DNA of 64,000 bases from Callorhinchus milii (GCF_018977255.1 NW_024704743.1:47680001-47744000); one strand, 5' to 3'; counted from the first letter of the stretch, positions 1 through 14,063 are shown. The notes: generated from the letters alone by a model not told the origin. Numbers and translations are program-made.

Positions 1-19
1 TTCCCCCCCGAAGTTGCTT

Positions 20-390
20 ATAATTTTCTTCATTGTTAGTTACACTTATTATTTTCATGTGCTCTTTATACTAGAATCCAGATTATTTATATAATGGAGG
101 AAAGCAATGGTCCGAACACTGACCCTTGGGGGGACACCCTATTTACCTTTCTCCATTGAGAATAACAACCCTGAAATCCCACCTTCTGTTTCCTAGCCTT
201 TGATCAACTTTCTATCCAGCTGCTAACTTTCAATTAAGACCAAGCATCTTTTTTATATAAACAAACCTACTATGCAGCACCTTATCAAAAGCTTTCTGAA
301 AATCCATATAAACCACATCCACAGCATTGCCTTCATCTATTTTCTCGGTCATTTCATCAAACCACTCTACTAGTTAAGCTCAGGCTTGTA
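20..390 (-). mobile_element. Degraded CR1 LINE reverse-transcriptase fragment
   Basis: Minus strand encodes AVDVVYMDFQKAFDK and a GVP(P)QG-like remnant. Confidence 0.7.
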
Positions 391-1477
391 ACCTGTTATT
401 CTTCTATCTTAGGTTTCTCAAGGTGGTTTCACCTCCTGCTGTTGTTACAAGCATGTCCATTGGAGAATTTTTTCCATTTCAACTCCCCATTGTATACCAC
501 AGTCTTCTAGGCTTGCCATAGCCCAGCAGGACACCTGTGGAATATATGTCTGCGTGTGACAGATTCCCTGATGTGGAAAAACATTAGTTGCAAAACAGCT
601 ACTGTAAAAGAATGCAAGAACCTTGAATACTATCCAGTGGAGTACAGCTATGCAGTGTTAAATTGCTTTGGTTGATCAAAGCCAAAACGTGTTGATATAT
701 TGGGCCCCATTTTTTACCCCAGTATTAAATTCTGTTTATGATTAGTGGAACAAATGCAGGTTATTGCTGGTGTAGTTAACTACATTCTGAAAGTGTAGTT
801 TTAAAATACAGTATTGTATTTTATTGCTTTAAACAGTATTTCTCAGATTAAGCAATTCATTTTAATTTGGGGGCATATTAACATTAACAATTCATTTTTT
901 GTGTCTCTTGTTATGTATCTCTCTATGTGTACTTAGCCATCAGACAATTTTTTTTGGGTGGGTGGGGGGTGTGGGCTATTGGTCTGTAGTTTGTGTTGGT
1001 GTGGCCACACTGCAGTATTAACAAACTCCACTTGAGTCTCTATTTAAAATTGTCATGAAAGGCATTGTGGAGTTTGAGCAGCAGGGAGTGGAGGGATGTG
1101 GGTTTGTGCCTATGATTTCTCACCCCACTGAGTTACTGATCTTTTCCATGTTGCTGTAGGGAAAGTGCAGATCATAGGCCACTTGCTTCCCAGCAGTAGA
1201 GCAGGAAAGTTAAGAGTCTTGGATAACAAGGAGAGGTATTAGCAGATGCTTGGAAGCCAGTTTTGTACCAAACACAGTTGAGGTATGCTTCAGAGAGAAT
1301 GGGGAGATTAAAATGACTGGGAATAAAAGAGGGATTCATACTCTCATGTATCAATTACTTAATGATAGCACTCTTGAAGCCAATTGAATCAGAGCTGTTT
1401 TTTAATCATTCAAAGAGTTTTTGTAAAGTTGTAGAAAAGTTTCGCCCATAGAATAATAATCCTTCATTTTTTTTGCA

Positions 1478-1575
1478 CAGTCACTACACTTTGCAGTGTA
1501 TTCTTTAAAGCACTTTGAGACGTCTTGAAGACCTGACAGGGCACTATATCAAATGCAAGAATGATTATTATTATA
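1478..1575 (+). mobile_element. SINE 3' tail fragment (Deu/L2-tailed family)
   Basis: aaagcactttgagacgtc...ctatatcaaatgcaag followed by (TTA)n, shared with other copies in the window. Confidence 0.7.
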
Positions 1576-3949
1576 TAATAAATTAGTCTATGCCTATTTA
1601 TGTTGCTTGTGTTAAAATAGCAATTTTCATATGGTTTCCACCTCATAGTGTCACTGCAATAGTTCATTTGATTTCAATAGTGCTGATGTATTTACTTGGT
1701 AAAAACAACTGGATTTATCATCAGGTGGGATCTTTGTGATTAAAGCTATCATTTCAAAGATCAAGAACTATATTGTGTTTCCTAATTACTTGTGATGTGT
1801 ATTGAGCAATAATTTCTTCATAATTTATAGTACGGTAAGAAATTTCCAACAAAGTGCAGTCAGATCTGATATAACACACTGCTTTGGGTTCATAAAATCA
1901 GGCCCTTCTTTATAATAAGAAAGGCTGCTGATAACGGCTGTATTTCCAGCGTTTGCTGCTACGCCGGGATGCCTTTTGCGCTTGAGCAAGATGTGCAGGA
2001 AGCTGACCAGTCAGCCACCTGAAATCGGAAGTGTATAAGGACCCGTGTTATACAGATATAACATTATTATTATGCAACAATTTGGATTTATATAGCACTC
2101 TTCACACAAGTAAGGTCTCATATAACTGAGACAACCATAGATTTTTACATCCTACCCTCAACTTATGATTTGCTGCAACGTGGAGAAAGGAAACTCAGTA
2201 CAAGAGTAGGAAACCTAATTTGGAAACCTAGGCTTGTTTGACATTTATGCTTTGGCTTTCCTGATGTCTTAGCTGTGTAGTGGGTTGGGGATGGAGTGAG
2301 GACCACAAGCGAGCTTTCAGATGGCTTGACAAAGGGTGTGTGTGGGGAGGAGAGAATGGAGTGGATGCTATGAAGAAAGAAACTAGTCGTAAAAAATCAG
2401 AACATGTTTTGCGTAGAGAGAAATGCTTTTCTGTTTTCTACAGTTATCCAAACTTTCCTATTTCAGTCAATAATCAGATTTTGGAAAATAAATTCATCAC
2501 ACATTTGTATTTATAGCCGCAGTTATTAATATATCTCAGCCCATGTATTTATATGCAATATATGCACAATTGAACACATCTACTTATAGATATATAATAA
2601 TGCTTTTTGTATTTGAAGTAGTGTCTTATCACATCAAAACATCTCAAAATGCTTCATTTTCTGCTTTGCCCATCAAACTGAAAGTGACGGAATGGTCTGA
2701 AAGCTGGACATTTTTTTTCTTACCACAGAAACCAACCAGCGTATAGGGAGCGAGCCGGCTAGCTACGCACATGCACAGTGAAAACAGCAATCGCACCTCA
2801 TTATATGCAGGCTTGAGATTTTATGGATCACAAACACTGCACTGTGACAGTGCAGTACAGTGCAATACCGTAATTATACTCCTTGTTCATAGAATCGCAG
2901 AATTTTTCAGCACAGAAAAATATCCATTCACCTCATAGTTTGTTGTAAAAATTAAGTCATGTTTATTCCTGACTGGTGGCTTATAGACCAAGCACAGCAA
3001 ATTCAATTGCATTAGGGCGTAATCAAACTTTGCTGCAAGGTAAATTTACCTTATTTCTCTCCTCATCCGACCAGAAGAAGGGTGCAGAAACTAAATTCAT
3101 ATGTAGCTTATCTTCGTTTTACCACTTATTGTTTTCTCCGATGACCCCAGGAAGGTTTTTTGGACCCCTTTCTTAAATATTGGGTATATTATGGAAACAA
3201 TAGTTTTCTACACAGAAAAATATCTGTTTCTCAGATAATGATTCTCTGTTTCTTGTGCAGGTGTCCATTAGTCATGTGTTGCATTGACAGCCAGGTTCAT
3301 TCCTGTCTCAACAGATATCTGAATGCTGCACCTTTCAGTAGGGAGATTGGGAGGCGGGTGGGTCTCTGATAGTAATCAGAAGTAGTTTACGCAGGTTGAT
3401 TTCCCCATCCCAAACTAATGATTGGTAATGCACAGTTCAATAATCACTGGATTTTAACTTGCAACCTCTTGATCTGTACGGCTTACTGCTGCCTCCTGTT
3501 CTAAAGACAGTACCATTCACTGGGCAATTACAGGAGCTTCAGACTTTTTTTAAAAAGGAAATATTGAACCTTCAAATTGGCCCCAAGATTTAATTTGCAC
3601 ACGTAACAAACACGATTTCTTTCTGATTGACCTCTTGTGTGCCAAAATAAAATCATATTAGTAATGAGTTCCTGGTTAAAAAGAATCGTGAGAATAGGAC
3701 AATTTGGTGTTTCTAAATCTTTCGATTTCCTAACTATTGTATTTAATTAATTGATTTTAAAAGTATGAATTATCCATCTCCCAGCCCTTCTCCACCCCCC
3801 CTCCCCCCCCAAATTTTTTTGTGGATACCCAAACTCTTAATACAAAATAAATATTGTCTCCTCTTCTTGATATATAATGCACCAAAGTACAATATGCTTG
3901 GTTTTGTCCTGTGCCCATGCACTTCCACATCCTGCCTGTTGATCTTGTG

Positions 3950-4617
3950 ACAGCAGAACACTTCACATCAGGAAGACGTCCCATAGTGCTTCATAGATAT
4001 ATTGTAAAGTGGAGTGACTGTGTTTTGTGGCAACTGTGGAAACCATGTTGTGTAGAGCAATGTTCCATAAACAGCCATGGAATCATTAACCAATTTTATT
4101 TTGGGGTTTATTGGCAAGGACAAAAGAAGAAACTCCCTTTTCTTTTCAAATAATGCCATGGGATCTTGGGTCTTGGTTTAACATCTCGTCCAAAGAACAG
4201 CACCACCAACAATACAGCACACACCCAGCACACACAAGATCACAAGATTGATTTCCAGGAAGAAGGCCCTTTGGCCCAACCAATCTCATCCCTCCAGAAT
4301 ATCTACCCTACTGTTCCCGCCGATCACTGCATCAAGCTGCTTTTTAAAATAGTTTAGTGTCCTGGCCTCTACCACCCTTCCTGGCAATCTGTTCCAACCA
4401 TTGATTACCCTCTGCATAAACAAAAACCTCCTGGTAGCTCTTCTGAAATTGTTTTTACAACTTTAAACCTTTGTACTCTTGGTCTACTGTCTTGATACAC
4501 CCTAAAGTAGGGTGTCAGTTTAGACTGTAGGAATTCCATGTCACAACATGGTGCTTGAACCCACAACCTTCTGACTCGGAGCTGAGAGTGCTACCAACTG
4601 AGCCAGGTTGACACACT
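3950..4617 (-). mobile_element. Older full-length Deu-domain SINE (SacSINE1/AmnSINE-like), interrupted by a CR1 3' fragment at about 4237-4520
   Basis: Tail at 3960-4080, Deu core (aactcccttttcttttcaaataatgccatgggatc...tttaacatctcgtccaaa) and tRNA-like head (cttgaacccacaaccttctgactc...ctaccaactgagcc) at 4550-4615. Confidence 0.65.
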
Positions 4618-5727
4618 AGGTACCTGCTCACTGGATAACTTAAATCTGTGAATTCAGTATAAATTGGAATATTTTTGAACATATTGCATTATATTGCAAT
4701 ACAGGCAAATTGGAGCTGATGTACTGTTTCTCTTTTAAAAGTGGTTTTATTAGGTGCCATTCTTGAGTGCATTATTAGTTGATGCATTGGTTGCAGCAAG
4801 TATGCACCAGTAAAGAGATAAAAAAAGAGTTTAGTACATTCATCTAAAATTCAGGTACTCCTTCACACACAGAAGTATTGAAATGCAGCAAACAGGGAGG
4901 GGACAGCAAGAGTTATGTTGTAATAAAATGTGTGTGTCATGAAATATGAAGCAAACACTTTTTTTAACAATATAAATCGAGTAAAATTCAGTCCCAGGTG
5001 TGAGCTAAAACTGGATTGATTCAGCGCATGGATTGAGCTGTTAATCTGTTGGAATTTGTTTTAGTAAGTACTGTAGCTTTGAATGGCTGTGACTTTTAAT
5101 GTTGAAGTGTACTCTGTATATTTGTTTTGCAAGCACGCTATTTATTTTGGTAGTGCTAATTATTTCTCTAGGGACAGTCAAGTTCTATGCTCTCTATGTA
5201 GTGAACTTGTTGACATGGACTAAAATCCTTTTCTTCATTGTTTGGTAAATTTGGTGAATTTGATCAGCTAAATACATTAACAATGCTAACATTGTCATTT
5301 TAAAAATAATTAATTTTACCTTTATATTTTATAACGTTATTTGCAAACATCCACTCTTGTTCCTTTTAGTTTAACCTTTGTTTCTGTCTATTCTACTTTA
5401 GCTTTTTTCAATACTTCGTCATATTTTTCTCTGTTGCATTGTGAGCTTCATTTGAATGGGAATATTTCCCAGTGTCTTATGCACTTAATTTCAGCATTAT
5501 GTGCAATATTGAAAGTATTCCAGCTGAATCCAAATCTGCATAACTGAAGGGGAAATAATCACTGCTATTCTAAATGGTAGTTAATGGGTTACGAACAGCA
5601 ATCCTTTTCACTGTGAGCATTCTCATCTCAGCTATTCTATTATGAAGAGTTGCTGGTAAGAGGACAGGCTCTTTCCTGGGGTGTGAGTCTTGAGGAGCTT
5701 TGAATTGGGTGGGGCAGGTGAAGGAGA

Positions 5728-6080
5728 AATAATAATAATAATCCTTGCATTTGATAGAGCGCCTTATCACATCCTCAGGACGTCTCAAAGCACTTCACAA
5801 TATACTGTAAAGTGAATTGACTGTATATTTTGTGGGCAAAACACGGTAGGCAATTGCGCACAGCAGTGTCCCACAAACAGTGGTGGATTGAGTGACCAAA
5901 TTATTATTATTTTTTAAAGGGATTATTACCCCCGGAAAAAAATCTGCCAATCAACTAGCAACTGTGTCCCTACTTACTGCTAGGTAAACAGAGGCGTGTG
6001 GAGAAAGGAAACTTGCCCAACGTTTCGCCCTGCCCAAGAATTGAATCCAGGTCCTCTCGCTTGTGAGACAGGTGCTCTAA
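5728..6080 (-). mobile_element. tRNA-derived SINE with L2-like tail, long subfamily
   Basis: (AAT)n tail, conserved body and partial tRNA head with B box. Homologous to 15161-15535. Confidence 0.85.
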
Positions 6081-6787
6081 ATGTTCAATGTAACTTTCAC
6101 TTTCCTCTATTGCTCCATTCTCTCTGTTCTCTTAACCGTGAAATTTTATGTTCCCCTGTGCTCATTATAATGCACTGCAATATACAAATTTGCTATTCTG
6201 AATCTGTACAGTAATAACACGTCTTAATCGCAGCTTACTACTGATCATTTTGACATGTTGAAAGCTCACAGTCACTCAGAATAATCTTGGTGGAACTTGG
6301 CAGTAGTTATCAAATTCAAACTAGATGGATAGCTCCTGCAAGCCAGGTTATTTTTCAAGATTTTAAATTTAAGCTTGCAGAACTCAAATAAAATACAGTG
6401 CCCTGATTCATTATGTTGCTAAAATTTCAACAGACTGTGCTACAGAATGGTGAAGTGTAACTCCAGAACTGTGATTCCCACACACTGAGCTCGCAGGCTC
6501 AGCTGTGCTCTAATGGGGGAAATGCCAAGTGGAGGCCAGAGAGATAGGGGAAATTGTCCCAGACCCCTGCCATGCATCTCCTCGCGACTGGTTTTAGACA
6601 AGCTTTTGCAGAGCCTGAGAGTGAGTCATCTGCCTTCCAGTCAAAAAGGGAAAGAGAAGAAATTATACCTGAAAGGAGTCTCTTCCACAATACATTACTC
6701 TAAAACTTTTCCTGTTTCAAGTCCAGCCGGAAATCATGATCTCATTATGTTTCACTTTGAGATCTAAGTCAGAACCTATTTTTCACA

Positions 6788-7230
6788 CACAACAACAACA
6801 ACAAGATTCCATTTATTGAGCGCCTTTCACGTCGGGAGGACGACCCAAGGCGCTGTACAGTTGGGTCAGGACCCGAGCAGAGGGGAAATGGTGAGGGGAG
6901 GGAAGGGAGGGAGCGAGGAGGTGGTAGAGAGTCGAGAGGGGAGCTGAAGGCACAGTCAAAGAGAAAGGTCTTGAGACCGGCCTTGAAGGAGGAAAGGGAG
7001 GAGGCGGCGAAGGCACTGGGGGATGGAGTTCCAGAGCCTCGGGGCTGAGAGGCTGAAGGCCCGGCCACCGACAGTAGGGCGGTTGGGGCGAGGGATGTGG
7101 AACAGACCAGAGCCAGAGGAACGGAGGGTACGGGCGGGTAGGTAGGGGGATAGTAGGTCAGAGAGGTAGGAGGGAGCGAGGCCGTGGATGGCCTTGTAGG
7201 TGAGGGTGAGGATCTTGAATTCGACATAGT
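6788..7230 (-). mobile_element. L2 LINE 3' end (young)
   Basis: Encodes EFKILTLTYKAIHGLAPSYLSDLL...GGRAFSLSAPRLWNSIP, the L2 ORF2 C-terminus, with a (TTG)n tail. Confidence 0.9.
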
Positions 7231-7924
7231 CTGGGATCACACAGTTGAGATTAAGTACGTTGTTTAATTTTACTTTCAGGAAAAAGTAAAACACAGCATT
7301 TCTACAGATGTGCCTCTAAAATGATTCGGACTGTTTTTCCAAACATCACCCTCTTTCTAACAGTTGTTTTCATTTTGAACAAGACACTTAGTGGGGCTGG
7401 AGTCCTGATTCACAGAAGTTTTATTCCATTTAATGATTGTTCATTTTAAAAAAAACCTTCAAGATCATTGATTTATTATTGGCTTGCTTATTTTTCAGTT
7501 ATAAATTCCACAATTACAAGTTTGCTGTTGTTATAACATTAATAAATCATTATGTCACTCCCAACCTATCAGAAATTGCCATTATCTTGGCAAAAAGCTT
7601 TATAAATCCTGTTTCCACATAAATGAGATCATAACAATTTAGCCATGGGACTGGGGCTACTTTTCAGCTTATTGCGCATTTCCCACAACTAAAATGTTTA
7701 TCCTAATGGGATTTCATTCTCACTCCAGACTTCAAGTCCTTCTGGAACCTATTATAAATAATAATTAATCTACAGTGTGTGGGTATAATGTGTTGGTACC
7801 ATGAAGTTGTACCTGGCTAGTTCAGTCATTTGAGCACCTGACAATGGACCAAAAGATTTTGAGTTTGAATCCCTGTGAAAATTTGAATCCAAGGCATTTT
7901 TCCTTTTGTGGTTAATATGAATAT

Positions 7925-9025
7925 AATAATAATCCTTGCATTTGATATTATAGCACCTTATTATGTTGTTGAGAAGTATAGCGCCTTATCATGTTTTCGA
8001 GACCTCTCAAAGTGCTTAACAGCATATACTGTAAAGTGGATTGACTGTGTATTTTGTGGGCAAATGTGGTATATCATCTCTTTTATTAAAAAAAGTTCTC
8101 CTTTGGTCTGAATTGGCTTCAAGAAGACGTATCTAGCAAAACTAGACACCCCACAGTGATTTCAGCACAAACTTGGACTTAAAGATATGTCCTAAACCTG
8201 CAAGCCAAACTATAATATATGGTGCATGCCAGCTGTCTGTTCCCTTACCGAATGAGTGTGTGAGAATAATAATAATAATCCTTGCGTTTGATATAGGACC
8301 TTAGCACGTCGTTGAGACATCTCAAAGCACTTCACAGAATACATTGTAAAATGGATTTATAAATTTATATATTTAAAGTGGAAGGTGGGAAAATATTCCA
8401 ATATGTAGGTAGATATATGCATGTATGCATTATTAGAGGGATAATGGTCAATGACATGCATTTCCGATGACTGACTGACTGACTGAATCAGAGGAGCATT
8501 GATGGAGCATAAGAACCACATTAACCACCTGCTCCCTTGACCACAATGTTGTGTGACCCAGAAAGTCCAGGAAAAACAGATGGAGGAGGAAATAAATTGA
8601 AAAGGTTTGAGTTCCTACTTTTGCTGCTTGTTTTGAAGGGGAGAGCTTATGAAGAATACTTGTTGCAAGAGGAGGTAAGTGCTTCCTTATAATAAGCATT
8701 ATGATAAAGGGGACTTTATCCTTCCACTTCCTACTTTTACTGCACTATCCAGTGTGTGGATGAGACATATTTCAATCCTGAACCGGATTAAGTTAGGCGG
8801 CACACGGTTTTTAAAATAACTATTACTAGTGTTGTAGTAACTTATTGTTTTAACTCCTACTATGTTGAGTAACCAGAAATTCCTCATGTTTCCTATCATG
8901 AGCTCTTGACAATAATAATCCATGCATTTGATATAGCGCCTTATCACATCTTCGAGGCGTCTCAAAGCGTTTCACAGAATATACTGTAAAGTGAATTGAC
9001 TGCATATTTTGTGGGTGAAACACAC
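7925..9025 (-). mobile_element. Cluster of three SINE 3' tails (about 7925-8070, 8265-8355, 8911-9025)
   Basis: Each begins with aataataatcc(t/a)tgc(a/g)tttgatat followed by the same tail. Confidence 0.75.
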
Positions 9026-10809
9026 TCCTATGAGCTGTTATATTCAATTAGTGAAACTTGGATTACTTCAAACTAAGGAATCAAATGTTAAGAATCAATG
9101 CAGATGCGCATTTGCTGTATTTTCTCTTGTTTTCACTAAATCACTTCTTTGTATCACAAAATGTTAGTTCAGAAAGGTTGTTTTTTTCAGACAGGAACAA
9201 GTAATATTAAAAAAAACTTTCCAATTGTTATTGCCTTTTCTTGGAAAACTGGGAAAATACACATACATTGGAAACTCACCTTAGGTTGACCCTAATGTAG
9301 TCAGTTTTTTTGCAGTATTTTTCATTTCAGCATTATGTTATTCAGTACACAAGTACAAACTCACAAGTTAAGTCAACCTGATAAGGTGATCAAAATTCCA
9401 CTGTCTGTTTGCTAACCTTATTTGTAAGTTACTACATATAAATATCTAAATGTTTAAACAAAAAGACCAATCTTTGTATTAGTGTAGAAATGTTGGCATT
9501 TGCTTTGGGCCAATCCAGCTGTTCAGTGTGTGTGTGTGTGCAACTCTTAATATTCGCCTCCAGGAGGCTCCCTTACACCAGGTTTTCATGTCATGAATTC
9601 ATGGGTCTACTTTATGCATGTGCTTGGGGGTAGGGAATGTTTCCATAAGCCTTCCTTCTGGTAAACAGGCTGAAATGTGGGCGGCCATTCTTTGTGGGCT
9701 GCCCGGTCTGGATTCATTATTTTAATAGTTTACAGCAAGCTTATGTATCAGCAAGAGTCCACAGTTTACAGGGTGAGAAAGCCTTAGATTTAAGTCAGGG
9801 TTCTTATTGTTGAATAAAATAGGTATTCGTTGCAGAATTTTCCTTTCACAAGGACAAAAATTATCAAACTTTTATTTGGCAGGCTTCTGCCTTTTTACAT
9901 TAGAAGATAGTTGCCCAAGAGACTCCTTTTTGATTAAAAATGGGTCTGTGAGCATTGCATATAAACTGCCAGCAGATGCCACTACCACACTTTGTGTCCT
10001 GGAAATCTGGTAATTAGTAAAAAATACATTCAGTCCCTTACGTTTTTATGTGCTTTTTAAATCCTCATCGTCAGGGTGGAGGGGATCTGTTTAAAATTTA
10101 ATGGATTCCATTTTGTCTGAATCGTTAATATAAAATGGCTCATCTTTGGAGTCGTCTCGGCTTGTGTGAGTCGAACTGCTCTTTATTAAAGTTTGTGTCA
10201 GCTTATTTTTGTGTCTGTAATGATACTTCAATCGTGGCCATCCTTTACTAACAGCGTTTTTCCTACTTAATGAAAACTCTATTATTGTCAAATAACAGTG
10301 CTTATGAAATGGATCAAACACAGAGGAAGGAAACTCCTGCTGGATGTTGCCTTAGAGGCTTTTACATTCTTATGCAGTCAGATGCTAAACCATTTCCATC
10401 CTAGCGGGGTTTCTGATTCATTTCTACCAGACTAGCACGTTACACCCTATGCTTTAACCAAATCTACAGTTTTGTCCCATCAGCAATTGATGTACTGCAG
10501 TTTTAGTTTTGTTTGTAGACTCTTTTTGTTTCTAGCACTAGGATAATTTTGTAATATTTCGGATTCTACATTATACTTCCTGTGCTATACCAAAAGCAAA
10601 TTCTGAACAGTTTTACTGGATTTGACATGTTTTAGTCAATTCTACAGTCTTTGTTCTTGAAATGTATAGTTTTCTTTAAACAAAAGCATTTTAAAGATTG
10701 ATTACTTGTTAAGAAAAGGAACTTTGAAATCAGTGAAACAAGCTCAAATCCTACATCCAGGCTCTCACTCACTCGACTTTCCTTCCTTTGCTTCTGCAAT
10801 ACTGCCTGC

Positions 10810-11580
10810 CACTGCTTCTTGCCCCCAGGCTGCCATGGCCCTCATCCAGGCCTTCATCTCATCCAGGCTCGATTATTTCCCTGATCACCAACCTATCCAG
10901 CTTCTCCCTATAAATAAGCTGCAGACCCCCCAGAAATCTGTAACTTATATCCTCTCCCACACCAGGCTCCCAAGAGTCCATCACCCCCAGCCTTGCCCAG
11001 CTCCACTCGCTCCCCATCTCCCAGCAGATCAAATTACGCAATCTCATCCTCACTTTTAAACATGGCCACAACCTCACCCCAACTGGAGTCCTGTAGCTCA
11101 GTGGTTAGAGCACTCGCTTTGCAGGCGAGAGACCTGGGTTTGATTCCCGGCAGAGTGAAACCTTTGGCAAGTTTCCTTACTCCACACGCCTGATAATAAT
11201 CCCTCAAAAAAAAATTGGTCATTTCAATCCACGTCTGTTTGTGGGACACTGTTGTGCACAATTGGGTGCCGCATTTCGCCCATAAATACACAGTTAATTC
11301 ACTTTACAGTCTATTCTGTGAAGTGCTTTGAGAAGTCTAGAAGATGTGAAAGCGCAATATCAAATGCAAGGTTTATTATTATTATTAACTGCACTCTCTC
11401 TGCTCAGCAAACACCAGCCTGCTTCATCTCCCCTACCTTATTTGCCGACTATCGGTGGGCAAGGTTTCAGCCACTCTGCCCTGGTCTCTGGAACTCATTG
11501 AGCCCTGTGCCTCCCTCCTTTCCCTACCAATCCCACTTTAAGATGTTTTGACTGTACTCTTGGCCATCTTTCTCCCCAGA
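10810..11580 (+). mobile_element. Old L2 fragment split by a SINE insertion
   Basis: ALIQAFISSRLDY and GLWNSL remnants lie on either side of the SINE. Confidence 0.7.
11085..11386 (+). mobile_element. Full-length tRNA(Ala-TGC-like)-derived SINE, short subfamily
   Basis: Head ggagtcctgtagctcagtggttagagcactcgctttgcaggcgagagacctgggtttgattccc (A and B boxes, TGC loop), L2-like tail and (TTA)n. AACT flanks both sides. Confidence 0.9.
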
Positions 11581-12060
11581 CTCATAAGAAAGGACTTACC
11601 AAAGAATGATACAGCAGCATGGTAACCAGTTTGAATTTTTAGGATTTGTTTTCCCTAATTCGGGCACTTCTGTATCATGTATCCTTACTTCCTCATTTTC
11701 GTCTCATAGCTTCACCCCTCCCTGGTAGGGCATCACTTCACTTGCGGGCAGGATCAGGGCTGACTCTTATTTGTATAATACACTTGTTGGCAGAAAGACC
11801 TGTTTTAGTATTGTAGATTCTTTGTAAAGGCTACAATGAATTATGTTTCAACCACATTTTTTGGTATGGAAGTTTATGAGTGGAGGTAGCTGAATTCATT
11901 GACAGTATCTTTTTTAGCATTGGGTAATGGGCACGGTCTGTCAAGAAATGTGAGTGTTTCTAATACCCTTTCTATAAGCCCTGACCCTTACAAATGCTTT
12001 TACAGTGGCTCTTAAAAAGCACCTCGTAAGCTCTGATTTTTTGGGAATCAAAGCTGTTTT

Positions 12061-12170
12061 ATAATAATAATAATAATCCTTGCATTTGATACAGCGCCTT
12101 ATCACATCGTCAAGGCGTCTCAAAGCACTTCACGGAATATATATTTTGTGAGTGAAACTCCCACAAAATA
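12061..12170 (-). mobile_element. SINE 3' tail just upstream of JAZF1 exon 3
   Basis: (AAT)n followed by ccttgcatttgatacagcgcc. Confidence 0.8.
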
Positions 12171-12237
12171 CAGTCATTTTTTATTCTCTTGTAGAAAGTC
12201 ACTAGTTACCACACTTTCTTTTTTTTCCTGTTTGTAG

Positions 12238-12434
12238 GTTTATGACAGATGCTGCTCGAAGGGAACAGGAATCCCTGAAGAAAAAGATTCAGCCAAAACT
12301 ATCTTTATCATTATCGAGCACGCTTTCACGGGGCAGTCTCTCCACACCGCAGCGTCACAACAGTGGCAGCCTTACACCCCCTGTCACTCCACCTGTTACT
12401 CCATCTTCATCATTTCGAAGCAGTACTCCCACAG
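12238..12434 (+). CDS. JAZF1: JAZF1 internal coding exon (equivalent to human exon 3), 197 bp
   Basis: Polypyrimidine tract plus tttgtag acceptor and G|gtaaga donor. Translates (R)FMTDAARREQESLKKKIQPKLSLSLSSTLSRGSLSTPQRHNSGSLTPPVTPPVTPSSSFRSSTPT(G), recognisably JAZF1. Phase matches the next exon. Confidence 0.97.
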
Positions 12435-14063
12435 GTAAGAGGGTCCCAGACTGGATTAACAAATGTAAATGTTTTAGTGTAGTGCAACAGGTTACTGGAT
12501 ACAATTAAAACACTGAAAAAATGTTTGTTTTAAAAAATTCTAGTTCCCTTCTGTCTGTGTTTTATTTGATACCTACTCAATTTTCAAACACTACTAGCCA
12601 AGAACAGTACAGTAGCAGGAGTTGGTCTTGCCCCTTTCTATCCAGGATTCATTAATCACTCTTCTATGTACATATGCAGTGATATCATAACATATGCAAA
12701 GGCCAGACTTGTTATTAACAACACAGTAAAAAGTTAATAGAAGCAGTGGGTTGACATGAGCCAGAGCAACAGGCAGAAAAGTTAGTCAACTTAAAACTTT
12801 TCTCCGCGAGTTCATGTACATACGTTTCGTTTTTCTAAATTTTATGGAAGAAAAAATAAAAACAGCATTTGTGTGAGGATGTAGTTAAGTTCAATACATT
12901 GTTTGTAGCAGCTCGAATACTTGTGCACATCAGTTAGTGGTTTCAAAACAGCGTTGTAATTTGGTAAAATAATATTGCTGCATTGGACCTGCAGCTGTTT
13001 CCCTTGTGATCCTAGTACAGGTCTAATTCTATTATAGATTGTGTGCTAATTACACTAGTTGCAATGTGCCATTTTTCATAGCACAGCACTTTTTTTTAAC
13101 GCTTACAATCTTGGTATTGCTTTCTCTCATTATGTGTGCTTCTGTTCAGAGGCCAAAACCAGAAGATCTCTTTCTTCTGGATGCCCAGTGCTAGTGCAAA
13201 TTATTCACAAATGTTTCTAAACTCTGAGTTTGCCGCATATTCAGCAAAAACTTGCCAGCCTCATGTAAAAATCTTACAATCTTTTTTTACAAGTCTCCAA
13301 CTGACTGGAAAGAATAAAATTACATTGACTGAGAGCTGTACTGAGTCTCTCTTGTTAAGAATTGCATAAAGTGATCTGTTATGCAATGACGTTTGCTTAA
13401 GTGCCAACTTCCTTTTGTTTGGCGTGTACATGCAATAAATAACTCCCACACTGCTTAATGAGAGCTATTTAGATTTATACTTTGGGCAAAAAAAGCAATT
13501 TACAGTTTTTCTACAATATGCTGCACCCCACAATTATTATATTATAGCCAGGTCATTAAAAAGTACTGCCTGATTGCAAATAGAACACCAATTAAGCTGA
13601 GAAGACATAGCTCCTATGTTTCCCATATGCATCATTGTATTCCAGCTACAGGTTACAATAAATGATTTAAATGAAAGTGGAGGAAATAAGCACATCTTAA
13701 CACATTATTTGGCTATTGCCATCCTTAACTCTGCTACCTGTTGATTTATAAAAGGGATCCATGGGGATAGGAGTTTCTGCAAATGGGATGAGTATCACAT
13801 CTAGCTCACTCAAACTCTGGTATTATGCTTGTTCTTTCTCTCCTTCGTCGATCCGTACCCTTACTTCACAATTACCGTAACTTTTTAAACACCTCATTCA
13901 TTTGAGATTTTAAAGAAGACTACATTTTATCAATTATTCACTTCGCCAAATAATATGAAGCTTGGAGATTTGAACTTTTTTTCATGATATAACCCTACCA
14001 TCAGAACTGAAGACCTGGTTAGCTCATTAGAAGACTAATGAAGTTAACATCATTGGTCTATCT

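Noticed and set aside
1855..2060. Possible Tigger-like MITE, with a similar piece at about 23690-23765
   Set aside because: The similarity is short and degenerate, and paired TIRs with TSDs could not be defined.
9967..9983. CTCF-like motif tgccagcagatgccact
   Set aside because: It mismatches the conserved GG of the core, and such partial matches are common by chance.
11085..11155. Possible tRNA-Ala(TGC) gene (also 25500-25573 and 15465-15535)
   Set aside because: The acceptor stem is not formed and the sequence continues into a SINE body and tail. These are SINE heads.
12181..12237. Alternative upstream acceptor (ttctcttgtag at 12194) for JAZF1 exon 3
   Set aside because: It would add 43 nt and shift the frame. 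The downstream acceptor has the stronger pyrimidine tract and gives the conserved protein.
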